A DNA stretch of 62,921 nt, filler included, from Reticulomyxa filosa (Eukaryota > Protista > Foraminifera): the NCBI GenBank assembly GCA_000512085.1. It is 20 parts of 20 records of this genome, joined end to end, with 100 filler letters (N's around TTAATTAATTAA, not from the genome) between each part and the next. Parts side by side here need not be neighbours in the genome. Positions count along the whole stretch, not along the records: positions 35,073 to 38,506 come from ASPP01013581.1; positions 38,607 to 41,409 come from ASPP01004546.1; positions 41,510 to 42,809 come from ASPP01048427.1; positions 42,910 to 46,739 come from ASPP01024410.1; positions 46,840 to 48,191 come from ASPP01027265.1; positions 48,292 to 49,476 come from ASPP01007026.1; positions 49,577 to 52,185 come from ASPP01040030.1; 13 more parts are not named here. One strand, written 5' to 3'. Positions 37,833 through 51,597 of this stretch are shown here, piece by piece; position 1 is the stretch's first letter, and the number at the start of each line of letters is the position of its first letter. A program made the translations under genes and the position numbers. Below the pieces are notes generated by a model, which saw nothing but the letters and a program-made list of their open reading frames with translations, was not told where the DNA came from and did not search any database.

Positions 37833-38454
37833 CATTGTATTGACGAACTAACGTCTCGATTTGCTTATCAGCAAATTGCTGCTGCAGGTTATACAACTTG
37901 TGAATGGCTGGAGGTACGTACGTGATGCCACCAGGACCGACCATCCAAGGCGGGGTGGGCCCATTGTAGTAAGAGACGTTGTCTTCCAAATACGACGCCG
38001 TTACCTTTCCTTCGGCTATTGCGTCTCGCACAGGCTGCGCAAATGCATCAAACACAGGCATGTGATGGCTGTTGCGCACATTCCCATAGTGATGTCGGCC
38101 TTGGTAACGTGGATCCAATGTCACTTCAAATGACAATATCCCCACCAATGGGGCGTCACTGTAATTGCTGAATATTTCAATATCCATTGCATTCTATATT
38201 CACATATTATACATATATGTATGTATATATGATTTTTTATTTTTGCTTTTGTTTTTTGGCTACGTAAAGAATACCTTGGACAATATCTTATTTGGGATTC
38301 GATTGAACTGCCCGTCGATCCACCACATTGGCTTACTCAGTCTTGCCATGAATGTGTCGTTGTTTATACTCACGCGGATACTTGCTGGATACACCGCATA
38401 GTCGGGTTTCATACGGTCCATGCTTTTGTTCCAAGGGTTTACATTGACATTCAT
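35832..38454 (-). CDS. Multi-exon protein with CAP-Gly domain (CAP-Gly exon ~35835-36075), partial
   Basis: SLGDVVVL..KGQVKWVG..FGVRLVEPQGDSDGHYRGGRYF..AAFV. The upstream minus-strand exons carry no recognised domain, and their linkage to the CAP-Gly exon is inferred. Confidence 0.7.
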
Positions 38455-38606
38455 ATTTGCATTTGTATTTGCATTTGCATTTGCATTTACATTTACATTT
38501 GCATTTNNNNNNNNNNNNNNNNNNNNNNNNNNNNNNNNNNNNNNNNNNNNTTAATTAATTAANNNNNNNNNNNNNNNNNNNNNNNNNNNNNNNNNNNNNN
38601 NNNNNN

Positions 38607-38650
<44 letters not shown>

Positions 38651-38659
38651 CTATGTAGG

Positions 38660-39359
38660 ATGCGAGTATTGGTAACATCGTGGGCTGGGCTTTGGAATGG
38701 AGGTGCTGCTGGATTTTCTCGTATCGTTGTTGGTGAATCGCATCATTTTGGATGCACCCAATCAAATAGGCAAGATGAATGGGAATAGCTTGAAGACTTG
38801 TGCCGATGGTACGGTTAACTGAGGTTTTTAATTTCTCTTTGTCTCCGGTGATCACGACAAATAAGATATCGTATGTCACTGTCAACAACTGCGATGCAAG
38901 CGCTAAATACACGATTTTACATTTTTGAGATTGAATTGTTTCTGGTAGTGAAAATTCCAAAATCATCAATAGCAATGGATAACTAAATAGCTGGTAGACT
39001 TGCACATACACCAAATATAAAAATAAATCGGCTTCATTTGTGTTTTTTGAATTTTGATGTAATGGTATCAGGAGACTTATGAAACTCAATAGCACACTTA
39101 GACCCACTATCGAAAATATGCTGTGTCTGGTTAGATATTTATATCGTCCGATCAAATTCCAGTCTTCTTCTGGCAGTAATGGCCCCTGGCTTCGATGCTC
39201 ATCGGTGTCAACATCATCGTCACTAAACAAACGCAAAGGCAAGGACAACGGACGTGCTCGTCCCAAGTCTTGGTTATTTACATATGTATTTTTCACCCAT
39301 TTCAAATTGTAATACTTCTCAAAAGAACACCAAAATTCTGATGATGGAAGAGATGGCAT
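38660..39359 (-). CDS. Hypothetical multi-pass membrane protein, first exon
   Basis: ATG-initiated ORF with about four hydrophobic segments, ending in an intronic (AT)n at the contig start. Confidence 0.6.
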
Positions 39360-41354
39360 TTATTTTCTTAATATAGTTTGAGTTCACAACTTTTTTTCTC
39401 AACTTGTATTTTATTTTAAAATTTTTCATTCAATACAATTTTACAAATTAAGTTTGAAAGTACCAATTATATATAAACGAAGTACTTCATATATATCTCA
39501 TGCATGTAGATAAAAATACACAGCATTTTCCTAATTTGTGAAAATTCCTTGTTGTATTGAAAAAAACGCAATTATGACGAACATTGGAAATTAAAATAAA
39601 AATTGTACAAATAGAATTCACAAGAAATTGCAATTTTAATTAGTCATACTTTGAAATGCGAAAAATCCAAGATGAGTATTTTGTATGAAACTATACAAAT
39701 TAAACAAAACATTCAGCAAAATTTATAAAAATTTTTTTTATTGTCTTTGCTTGTTACTGCAAATACGCATGACCTAAAAAGCAAACAAAAAACGCAAACG
39801 CATCATTCATTTAAAAAAACTCGATTGATTTATTTTTAAAAAACAGATCCAAAAAAAAATAAAAAATGAACCAAAAGCGTATATGAGTATTTATATACTA
39901 ATATCAACATTTTTTTGTTATTGCTCCTGTCGAACACGTTCACAAAAAGATAAGAAGTACTTTCAAAGAATACTCTTCAATTCCAATGAAAACAATAAAA
40001 TTCTGTTGAAAAATGTGAAGATAAAATTGACAACTTAAAAGACGCTTAAAAAAAGGGGCTGGTTCCATATATTTTTTTTTTTTCTTTGTAATGCCTTGCA
40101 AGTTAACAAATACAAGTTGAATTATCGCTAGTTAATGAATCTAACTCACTATCTTTGTTTTGTCTTGGTGTAACTTCTTTCACAGAGTTATTTTTTCTTT
40201 TTTTGACATATTGTTTAAGTCTTAAATATTTGCTTTAATCAAGAAGAAAACAAGCAAAAACCCTAAGAAAAAGGGATCTGAGAAGTTTGAGCAATGTACG
40301 TGTGTGTTCCAAAGCAATAATCTAGTTCTTATGTAACTCTACCAAAGATATTTGTTAGATGTCAACATTACGCGATTACTTTTTTTTTCAAATTGTCACA
40401 GTGCAGTTGAGGAGTTATGATTAGATATTGTCAGATTGGAAAAAATATTCCTATGAGAAAAAAAGAGATGTAATTTCTTATTCTCCTATCCACAAAATAA
40501 ATTATTTATTCTTATGTTTATGTTGTCTTGCAAATAACCCAAACAAATCAACTTTTTACCTGTGTTTGATCGAGAAAAAAATCAAAATATTGAATTTTTG
40601 TTTCAATGTAGTTTTGTTGATACTAAGTCGTGCATTTTGTTGAAGAAAATTACAAAAGGAAATCTTGATATTGGTATATTCATTTGCATTATTTTCTTCG
40701 ACATTAAAAATTTCAATTGAAACCGAAACCATTCTATTATTTTTGACCAAACTCAAAATTTTACAAATTGTTGTTACCGACAAATTAAGATCTGCGTGAT
40801 ATGTGATGTCTGTTTAGAAGTCAATTTGGATTTTTTTGATCAACATTAAATCAAATAGCAATTTTGAAAATATGGCTTATGCTATAAACTCTTTAGCAAT
40901 CAATAAAGCCACATTAAAGAGTCATAAGTGTGTATCCAAATTTTTTTTCACATAGTTCTAATCTGTTTTGCGTACAAAAATCTTTGTTGGAGTAGTTGTT
41001 CGTGGTATTATTTCTTAAAAAAAGTTGCAGCTTAATTATACAAATTTAAGTGTTTGCCATGATGATGTACATAATTATGTGTCATACATAAAGTAAAATG
41101 GCTTTAACCTCACTACTACACGCTACAATGCTAAATTGTTTTGTGAAACAAAAAAGTGCATCTTAAAAATATCATTTTTCAAATGTAGTAATCACGTGGC
41201 AAAAATAATAAAAATTATCCAACGAAAAACATAACAGCAACCTTTCAAACAACCAAATAAAACTCCACAAAAACAACGCAGACATCTTCAATTCCTTCCA
41301 CTCCAAAAATTGCAAAAACTGATTTCCTCGTCACAAGAATTACTTCGCTTCGCA

Positions 41355-41409
41355 CAATAACATAGAAAAAATTTGAAAAAAGAGACTACGTCCCCCCTTG
41401 TAATTCGTT
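41355..41409 (+). repeat. Dispersed repeat family 2, partial copy D
   Basis: aaaaagagactacgtccccccttgtaa at the contig end matches the family 2 core. Confidence 0.4.
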
Positions 41410-41509
41410 NNNNNNNNNNNNNNNNNNNNNNNNNNNNNNNNNNNNNNNNNNNNTTAATTAATTAANNNNNNNNNNNNNNNNNNNNNNNNNNNNNNNNNNN
41501 NNNNNNNNN

Positions 41510-41964
41510 ATAATAAATCATTATCTCCTCGTGAGGGAAATGTACCATCAATAATGAAAGATTGGTCATATCGTCCAATTCAAAAAGATGCCGAAAATTG
41601 TTATTTGAGAAATCACAATATTGGATATCGAATTCGTTTAGGCAGTGTTGTTTATGAATGGCTTAGAGATCAAGAAGGCAAAAGTTTTGTGTTCAAAAGA
41701 AGAAATTACAGTGCAGTCCTTAACGAAGAAAAGGGTAATAATGAAAATAAAAAGAATGGAGTAAAAGGTGGAAATGAATCGAATGCGTCAAACAAACGCT
41801 CGTTATCATCCGTTGAAATCCCCAGTCATTCAGAAGTGATGAAAATCCTTTCAAAGCAATTGAAAGTGAAATATGATGATGTATTCAATGGAATAGCAGT
41901 GGAAAAGCTCTTGTTGCAAAAGCAAACATTCATACAATTCAAAATGGGCATTTTTTCGTCGTGA
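41510..41964 (+). CDS. Hypothetical protein fragment
   Basis: Open frame from the contig start. No recognisable domain; may be decayed. Confidence 0.3.
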
Positions 41965-44033
41965 TGAATCAACCAATCAAGCCTATTTTCAATTGTATCT
42001 TAATTCGACTGAACGAAACCAATTTGATCAATTTTACAAATCAAAATTTCCCAAGCTTATTCAAAGTGTTACAGAAATAAATCATGGGTTCAATTTTATT
42101 TTGATACCATGTGTTTCACTCTCAAGTGATCCCTTTGTTATCTCCTGTTTCTTGAAATTCAAACACCAATTTTTTTTTTTTGTGGTGTTAATTTATTCAA
42201 ATTACTGTGTAGTTGGAAGTTTCAATTAATTACTTATTGATGAATGAAACGTTTAATTCGTTTCTGAATTTGATGAAAAATCTTTGCTAGTAATAGCGCC
42301 ATTTGCTCAATTTGCATGTAGCAAATGGCATACATTAGTTGTTATGCCATTAGATTTTGTATATTTTTTCTAGAGGCAATATTCTATAATTTCATTAATT
42401 TTTCAGATGAAGCAACGCTACAACATACCACATATACAACATTGACAAACTTGAAATGTTGTTCAACAAACAGTTGAAGTGTTGAGTATAACAAAAAAAA
42501 TTTAAAAACAAATTTTTCATTGGTATTCAAAAGTTATATGTCTTCCTTTTTCTTACCATGATAAATAAAAGTGTCCGTCAAAGAAAAAATATCATCTTTG
42601 AATGTGAATTAAAGTTCAATGTAAATTTTTATTTGTTTAATTTTGATAAATCAGTGCTTTTGAATATAATTCAATTATATATCTGAAAATTTAAAATTGC
42701 CACACATAAATTTAAAATTAAGAAATGAAAAACCACAATTTGCATACACAAGCCATACATTACAATGTCATGTTCGAGTTCTCACAATTGAACAGAAAGA
42801 AGAAAAAAANNNNNNNNNNNNNNNNNNNNNNNNNNNNNNNNNNNNNNNNNNNNTTAATTAATTAANNNNNNNNNNNNNNNNNNNNNNNNNNNNNNNNNNN
42901 NNNNNNNNNAACATAAAAAAAAATTAATATATCCTATTCATCATTAATATTAACTTTTTTGAAAAAGTTTTATTTTGAAAGAGATTACAGTTGGAAGTGC
43001 CAAGATACCTCGACATCTCTTAAGTTTTGAATGATATTTTGAAATTATTTCAAACGTCGTCTAGTCCAAGAAAATTCCGGACCAAGAAAGAAAGAAAATT
43101 CTAACTAGAAAATTTTTAACTAGTAAAAATTTTTTTATAGTGATATGAAAAATTTTTTATATGTAGAAGTGATTTTAAACTTACTGCGTATCTTGTCATC
43201 AGTTGCTTAAGTATACCGATGTGCAAACTCCTGTTGACTTATATAGTAACTCTTTTACTGGCAACGGTCAGCTTGTATGATATATTATGTATCCTTGTTT
43301 ACCCAGTCGCTTATATCAAGGCTTGTGAAGGCGATCCGACGTCCGATGCGATGTGTTTTTACACTAATCAGCTCTACTGCAAGTCATGTTGGTACAAAAT
43401 ATCCCACTTGTAATTGGATCAAGAATCCAATCTAATGGTAAGTCATACATGTTAAGTACACTTCCGAACATGTCTGCCACTAGTGAACTATCAAATGCCA
43501 GTACGCATGGTGGCATTAGAAATAGATATGGAGTTAGAAATGAAATTATATATAGTATTAATATGCCTGATACCAAAACAAACAACGACAATCCAAAATG
43601 ACGTCGAATCAATTGTGTATTGTATCTAATAAAAAAATGTATGTTGTGTAGCTTTCATTGTAAAATGTTACATCTTCAAAGAAAAGATACGATCACTTTA
43701 AAAAGAAAATTACAAATGAATAATAGTTTTAATTATGTGTCATTCCGTTAACGTACAATTTACGACACGTATTTTTTTCGCAGCATGTGTGAAGCTTGCA
43801 TCTTAAAGGCAGTTTGCTTTTTAGAGAAAAAATGTCGTGATCTTTTTGTTTGTGTCATGTGTCCATACCATAGCTAAACTCCCGAAACTGTGAACAATTT
43901 GTTTCAAGTTAATGATCTCAAAAAAAAAACAAACAGACCAATTCTTTTATAAAAAGCAGTAATCCTCGAGTTCAGACAAACATGGTCACCTTCTAAAAAA
44001 ATATTTTGATTATTTGTTTCTAAGGGAAAAAAC

Positions 44034-45893
44034 TCATGCAGTTTCGTGCAGCTTTGTTTTCCGTTTTTTGTTGTTGAGTTCGAGTTGTTGTTCTTCCTCA
44101 CGCTCCCTTTCTCTCGCCCTCTCTCTTTCTTTTTCACGTTCTTTTTGTTCTTCCAAAAGCAAGTCGTCATCTTCATGAACATAGACATGAGATCTGTGAT
44201 CATTGTAAAATTTGGTGACACTTTCCAAATTCAAATGCCGAACCCTTTCGCGATTGTTGATGACACATTGAATAAAATCTTGTTTTTTTGTCGGAATAAT
44301 ATCTTGCAAAACGGTGGTTTGATTGTAAGGTTTCAAAACCGGAGGAAGCAATTTTTTGGCAGGCGGCACAGGATGATTGTCTGTATGCTGTGGTCGTCGT
44401 TGTTGTTCGTTTGCGTTTGCTTTTGTATTGTTGTTTTCATGTTTAATTGTCAAATCATCGTGATTCATTGTGGACATTGGCTGATCCGGATTTTGTGGAG
44501 ATGCGTCCACTCGAATTGCAGTGATCGTGTCTGTTTTGGCCGGACTTATCGATGGCGGTTTTTCCATTGCCATCAGTTGCGTGCTTTCGTCGGTCGTTTC
44601 GACGTCATTGGACTCATTGACAACCGTCTTTTCATTTGTCTTTGGCTGTCCTTGTCCAAACGCGTTCTCTGGTCCGTCCGTGTCTATCCATTCCTCCGGT
44701 ATTAACTGTTCTTTCTCTTGCATTTGTAAATATTGTAGAAAGGATTCCAATCGTGCAAATAACTCTTCTCGACACAACAGCTCGATGTTGTTGTGATCCG
44801 CTCCTTCCACAAACCATCTAAGTTTATATTACCATACATACATGACATATACATATACATATACATATATATATGTATATGTAATGTTTTGAGACTCAAC
44901 GGTTCCACTGCGTTCGGTGCAACTCGCGCAAGCATTTCACCGTGGATAACTTTAATTTGCTCATCTCTCGCACCATGAATAATCCATACTGGCACAAACA
45001 CGTTTTGAATGAACTCAATCACTGGATACGCATCGAACCAGTAGCTGAAGATTATGTATGTGATTGATCTCATTTACTACTTGTTTTTCTTATTCACCAA
45101 AAAGGGGGAGGAGATGCGTTCATTTCAAAAAAAAAAAAAAAGTCCTTCTGTCATGAGGCTCCAATACTCGCAAGGCACTCATCAAAGGCGAATGCAAGAC
45201 AATCCCGGCCACAGGAAAATTGCATGCCAAATAGGTGGTCATTGCGGTACCCAAGGATTGGCCATACCTAATATGCGGACATTTGTATGTTTGAAGAGAC
45301 AGGGTTTACTTTGCCAGAAAATTACATTTTTTTTTTTTCAAAGTAAAAAAAAAACAAACGCGACAATTCGCAATGGCGGTATTTTCAATTGTTTGGTCAA
45401 ATAATGATAGGCAGCTTCGACATCGGCGTACGTGTTCTTTTCACTACACTTGCCAGTGCTTCGACCGTATCCGGTGTATTCGTAGGCGAATATATTCACA
45501 CGGATTTGCTTTCTCATTTCCAATAAATGGTTTCGCATCAGTCCAATATCCGCTGCATTGCCATGAGAAAACAATATCGTGTAATGTGCTCTTTTTAAAA
45601 AAAAAAAAAAAAAAAAAAAGTTTGAACAACCGACAAAAGAGGAAATAAATAAAAAACGAAACAATGGATGTTTGACAAAGTAAGCGGGAATAGTCTGTTG
45701 GAATTTGGTGGTGAGATAAACAAAATGAAAGTCCCCTTTTTGAAGTTCAAATTCTTCATAAAAGTTGGTCCCGGTTCCAATGTCATATTCTTTGCGCAGC
45801 TTAAATTTGTATTGTTCATTCGACGTGTTTAAATCAAACGCGCTAATGCCCGGTGAGTAATTCATATTTTTCAAAGGCGTTGTTCCATCCTTG

Positions 45894-45924
<31 letters not shown>

Positions 45925-46430
45925 CATTATTCTTGTTATCAAAGGGACCATTTTCAATTGTCGTGTGCGGTGTTTGAAGAACAGTCCCATTGGCTGTGAC
46001 AATCGAGTCGTCACTTGAAATCATCGACTTGTGTTTTTTTTGCAAGTCCAATTCCGTGTCATTCACTTTCTTGTTCTTTTCCTGTTCTTCGTTCTTGTTC
46101 TCTTCTGCCACATTGTTCCCGTTGCTTGCTGTTGTCTGTTGCACCTTCCCAAACGATGTTGGTCGAATCGACACCAAATCACTTTCCACTCCGCTGATTC
46201 CAATTAGTGTCCTATTTTTTTTTTTTTTTTTTTTTAAGTGTTTTTTTTGTACTATGTAGTATCGTCGTCAATATGACAATCAACCACTCAACTGGTGTGG
46301 CAATGCATATTTGTCAATCTCTTGTAATATCAAGTTTGCATTCACTTCCGTTATCTCGTCTTCGTACTTGTCCAAACTATAATCTCGATATAGATCCGCT
46401 TCGTCATCTTTCTCGTCACTTTTCACTATC
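44034..46430 (-). CDS. ABHD17-like alpha/beta hydrolase (protein depalmitoylase family), multi-exon, probably 5'-partial
   Basis: TILFSHGNAADIG, YEYTGYGRSTGKCSEKNTYADVEAAY, nucleophile GQSLG, IIHGARDE and VEGADHNNIE give a complete Ser-Asp-His triad. Confidence 0.9.
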
Positions 46431-47309
46431 CTGCATTATCCAAACACTACTTTTTTTTTATTACTCATAATCTTTTTTAGTTAAAAAAAAACTTACTTGT
46501 ACGAAGGGGTAGGAGGGAAGAAAATTAATTTCCGCGTCACAAAATTTCGGCAGCCGCAACAAGTGATTATACTAAATGCACATAAAATATCACAGCAAAA
46601 GCACATGGATAACTTTCTGCACAATCGAAAAAATAAAAAATTATCGAAAGGGAGTCCAACAAAAAAAGTTCACGAGCGGTGCTTCTTCATAAAATTGCAT
46701 TGAGAGAAAAAAAAAAGGATTAATGAAAAATTTTCGAAGNNNNNNNNNNNNNNNNNNNNNNNNNNNNNNNNNNNNNNNNNNNNTTAATTAATTAANNNNN
46801 NNNNNNNNNNNNNNNNNNNNNNNNNNNNNNNNNNNNNNNGCAGCAAAACTTAAAGTAATAACAAATACGATTAAACTCAACTGGTAGGCATTTGAATCTT
46901 GACATTTACGTACAAGTTGGTTTACATGTTTCATGATCATCTTTTTTCTTTATAATAACTAGCTGGAAAAAAATTCAAGGGACAGTAAATTTTAAATTTT
47001 TTTTTTCTAAGTTATAAATATTTATATTTTATTTTTTGAATATATGATAAAAATAACAAGTTAATTAAAAATTATATCTAAATGATTTTATTCATTTATT
47101 AGTACTTATTATTGAAAACATAAGGAAGACTTTTTTTGAATAGTTACTTAAGGAGCAAAGAATATGTTTTGTAAAATTTTAAAGACAGCAAAATGTATAC
47201 ACCAAGATTCCAAAGTAATATCAAAAGTTGACACTATTCCTTGTAAGTAGAAGCAAGGAAAAAAAAAGTCATAAAACATTCCTCCCAAGTTCAAAAACGC
47301 AAAGATCAT

Positions 47310-48100
47310 TTACATGTGAGGTTGGCCGTCCAATCAAGACATTGGATTTGGTGTGCACAACCAAAGAGTGTGATGATATACCCAATAATAAAATTAACAG
47401 ACTTGTCATATTTGCAATTTTTTTTGGATCAATGATACAAGCCAGTGAAGATACTCCATAGATAGCACAAGATGACAACGTTTTGACTGTCATGGTTGCT
47501 AACGGTGCAAATATTGACAAAGATGAAATTCCAGATGATGAAAGGAGGGACCAAAGAAAGCATGAGAATGCAGACAATGATCCAGTATTTGGTGCGGAAG
47601 GACATTCGACTGACAATCCACTCTGCAACGAGCCAAAACGGAGCGGCCAAGACGCCAAACAAGACGATTGGGAACAGCAGCAGCAAGAACAAGGCGCCAA
47701 TGAGATAAGAGAGCAGAACAAACTCGCCATCCCCTTTGGATGTGCATTTGCTGCCCTCAGGACAATATACATTACCGAAATTGCAACAGCAAGCATTGCA
47801 CATTTCCCTGGTGTTTCCATGGCGAGGGACCCCATCTGATCGGCAGCAGCATATACGAACTACGCCTTTCCATGCATCTATCAAACGAATTAGTTTAGTT
47901 GTTTCTTGTTACTATATTTCCATTTGGAAAAACAAAACAACAAAGTAAATATTTCCAAACTCCCCAAACAGCTTCCAATCCAGTCGCACAAGCCTTCACA
48001 ACAATAATCTGCGGCATTGCAAACAGGCAGTACACAGGTCATACAGTGTTCGCACGCCGTTGGACTGCAATTGCAACTGATTATATATGGTCCTGTCATT
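47310..48100 (-). CDS. Cys-rich multi-pass membrane hypothetical protein, 3' part
   Basis: Two Cys-rich exons followed by several hydrophobic segments. The end point is uncertain (TGA at 47429-47431). Confidence 0.45.
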
Positions 48101-48157
48101 GCACAAATTGAAAACATAAAAATGTTATCCAATTTGTTATACAACAGATATATATAT

Positions 48158-48191
<34 letters not shown>

Positions 48192-48334
48192 NNNNNNNNN
48201 NNNNNNNNNNNNNNNNNNNNNNNNNNNNNNNNNNNTTAATTAATTAANNNNNNNNNNNNNNNNNNNNNNNNNNNNNNNNNNNNNNNNNNNNAAAAAAAAA
48301 AAAGGGAGAGGACAATAAAGAGGTGCACTGAAAC

Positions 48335-49075
48335 GTCGTCAATGTCTTTGAGAAAAAATTCAATGGCACTGATCAAATACTTTTCAGTTAATTCCGTGCT
48401 CAAAATGAAGCAAATTTCGTGAATGGAACAGGCCAGGGTTTTCCGAGATTTGAACGACTTTCGCACCAAAACATTGAATGCCTCATTTAACTCTTCCCAT
48501 CGCTCTTTCCCCAGTGCCAAAGCTACGCCGGGAAAGCTAAATGCACAATGATTGGCGCAATCGGCATCTGCTTCGGCACTAGACAAGTTGGGGATATTTG
48601 TGTAATACTTTACAAACTCTGGGCTCGCTTGATCCGATCGTAATGTGGAAATAAATTGGCCCAGTTGTTCATATGCACTATTTCTCACCCAACGAGAACT
48701 CTTCCGTTCATTCATTCATTCATTTTTTTTTTTTTAAAATCAAATAACATCACACACACACATACATAATACACATGCACACCCTATGAAAATTACAACT
48801 ATTATTAACATTTGCCCCTTTTTTGTTTATGCTTTTAATCCTCTTTTTGATTGGGAGGAAAGAGGAACAAAATAAGAATGTTCGATTTAGATCGACTGAT
48901 TGCAAAAAAAAACAAACAAAACAAAACAAACATCATTTAGAAATTGCTCCATAAGAGGGACAAGCGAAGCTCTGGTGTCTTGATGAATGGAATTAGCAAC
49001 ACTGACAAAACTCTCCACGCATCCTTTTCGAACGCTCCATATACTGTCTTGACACAGTGTTTTGAATATCGGTAA
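48335..49075 (-). CDS. Protein phosphatase 4 regulatory subunit 1-like (HEAT repeats), two internal exons
   Basis: LPIFKTLCQDSIWSVRKGC, SRWVRNSAYEQLGQFISTL, HCAFSFPGVALALG..W, RKTLACSIHEI and FLKDIDDV are typical of PP4R1. Confidence 0.85.
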
Positions 49076-49899
49076 CTTTCATGTGTTGCATTTTTGCAAT
49101 TGTGGACGTGTGAGTTTTTGCCAAATTGTGGATGAATGGTAAGGATGATAGGTGGTGGATGACAAGCATAGTTGAATCACAGAACAATGCGAAATTTGAA
49201 ATAGATATATCATAATAGTAATAGTCATAGTAATAATAATAATAATGATAATTGTAATCGCAATAGCACAATAGGGATGATGAGCATTGGTCAAGATTTA
49301 AAGCAATGCGGATAAAAATGCATATGGATATAACATATACACATATACACACATATGTATATGAATGCATTTGAGTTTCGAATATACAAACAAACAGATG
49401 AAAAGATGAGCTGCATTTGAAATTACACAAACAAAAGGTTGGAACCGAAAGGGTTTGAATTCCGGGTTTTTAAAAANNNNNNNNNNNNNNNNNNNNNNNN
49501 NNNNNNNNNNNNNNNNNNNNTTAATTAATTAANNNNNNNNNNNNNNNNNNNNNNNNNNNNNNNNNNNNNNNNNNNNAAAACAAAAAAAAATAAAAACAAT
49601 GAATTTTCCTCCAAATTCACATACTTTAAATCCAATTTAAAATCTTTGGTGTGCAGTAAAGACAAGGATTCACAAAAAAGAACCATTTAATACTACGGAA
49701 GAACTTTGAAACCAATTCGAACAGAATGTAAAAAAATAAAAACAAACATTTAAAACATTAATAAAGTCGATGCCAAAGAAAATACAGTCAGTTAAAAAGT
49801 CAAAAAAATTTAACACGTTGGAAAACTTAAATTAAATTTTAAAAACAAATCTTGTCATAATCAGGCAACCACAAATAATATTTTTAAAAGTAAATGAAA

Positions 49900-50080
49900 G
49901 ATTAAAATTTTTGAAAAAATTGTAAAGACTTAATAAAAAATCAAAATGATATTTAAAACTACACGATTCGTAGATATTTTTAAAAAAAAATTTTGATTAA
50001 ATGCTGTTTTTTCATGTAGAAACACAATCATCTCTATAAGGTGGCATTTTAGGTTTCAACTTTCTTTTTATCTTACTGTA
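49900..50080 (-). mobile_element. Dispersed repeat family 1, copy 4
   Basis: Reverse complement begins TA|CAGTAAG within a (TA)n tract and contains atatCTACgaatcgTGTAGttttaaatatcattttga. Confidence 0.7.
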
Positions 50081-50173
50081 TATACATATATATCATATCA
50101 TATATGTGTATGTATTGTTCTACCTTCATCTTGCTAAACAATTCTTAATTTATTTACACTACCACTTTTATAG

Positions 50174-50585
50174 CTCTATTTGGAAATGCACACACACTTG
50201 CCCCGGAATCAATTCAGTTTGACAACAAAGGCTGGTATGCCAAAGAACATCACTATCAACTTCGTCCGGAGACAATCGAGTCTTTATATATAATGTTTTC
50301 CTTAACTGGCAACGAACAGTATCGCGGTGGGGATGGACCATTTTACAATATATTCAACAATATTGTCGTACTGAAGTTGTTTACAGTGGCATTAATGATG
50401 CTCGTGATATGCCTCCTACTCAAGACAATAAAATAGAATCTTTTGTCATGACAGAGACCTTCAAATATCTCTATATACTTTTTGATGAATATGCAGGATC
50501 ACTCATCCCATTCAGCGAGTTTGTTTTCAATATCGAAGCTCATCCCATTCGCAAATTCAAATTGCTTTCGTTACTGAGCTTGTAA
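50174..50585 (+). pseudogene. GH47 alpha-1,2-mannosidase, last exon, pseudogene
   Basis: LAPE..YQLRPETIESLY, WGWTI, QDNKIESF..ETFKYLYILF and FVFNIEAHP. Two frameshifts, the conserved NTEAHP Thr is lost, and upstream exons are replaced by the repeat. Confidence 0.85.
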
Positions 50586-51597
50586 AAAGATTGTGATATA
50601 CGTATAATTGGAGAAGTACATTTGGAGTAATACGTATAATAATAACTTACTATAAGCCAATACTTGGATAGTATGTAGTCTCATTTAATAAATGCCATTA
50701 ACGTTGTCCATAAACGATCAATGTTTAATATTTCAGGCTATCTTGAGTAAGATGCAATTTCTATGGCAATTTTATCCCATCAACCCATTCGCTTTAAAAC
50801 TTTAGAGTTTGAAACACATGTACGTCTTCCGTTAAATCTTTTTGCTGTTTTCAATGTAACTTATTAAGACGAAAATTCATTTGACAAAATGTCATATTTA
50901 TTGATTGTCAATTTGTAAAATAAATAATGATTAATGTGTAAAAAAAATGTTTTTTAAAGTATTTTGTAATGGAATGCCGTTATTTGTTAGAATGTCTTTT
51001 TTGTGGCTTCTTACTTAAATCTAACATTTTACTCACACACATAGCAGGCACGCGCTATAACCAGAATGGTGATACGTACACACAAGATAGTCAAACATAA
51101 TGACGTTGTGAGAATGTGTGCATTTTGATGCATTGTATTTTTTTGGGGATTTATCTGCTTGTTGTTTTTTTTTAGAATCTGTTTTTAATGCTTCTATCCT
51201 TTCATCTTAAAGTACCCTCATCTTTTTTTCTTTCTTGTTCACGATCATCTTTATCATTTATAAGCGGGTTTGTGCTTGTGCAATGTTAAAATTGTCTACA
51301 TTTCTCTGTGTTTTGCATTTTTAAAACTTATTACTATTACAGAATCTATTGGTGCTGATTCCTAAACAATAAACAATCTTTCAAAGGCATGCATCAAGCT
51401 TTGTTTTCATAATTTTTGAATGTAGAGCAAATTTAAAAATTGTGTTAAATCTCTCTTTTAAAACAGCAGCAAACAAATTTACAGAAAACCCCTGTGAAGA
51501 AGTTCTAGATATTATATGTGAATAATCGACATTATTCTTGTCTGGAGGAACATTTGAACAAAATTAGTTTTTAAAATTCAATAAACAAGAACAGAAG

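Noticed and set aside
49435-49476. Odd doubled-base sequence aaaaggttggaaccgaaagggtttgaattccggg at a contig end, as a telomere or tRNA-like element
   Set aside because: It looks like a low-quality read end. There is no consistent repeat unit or cloverleaf.
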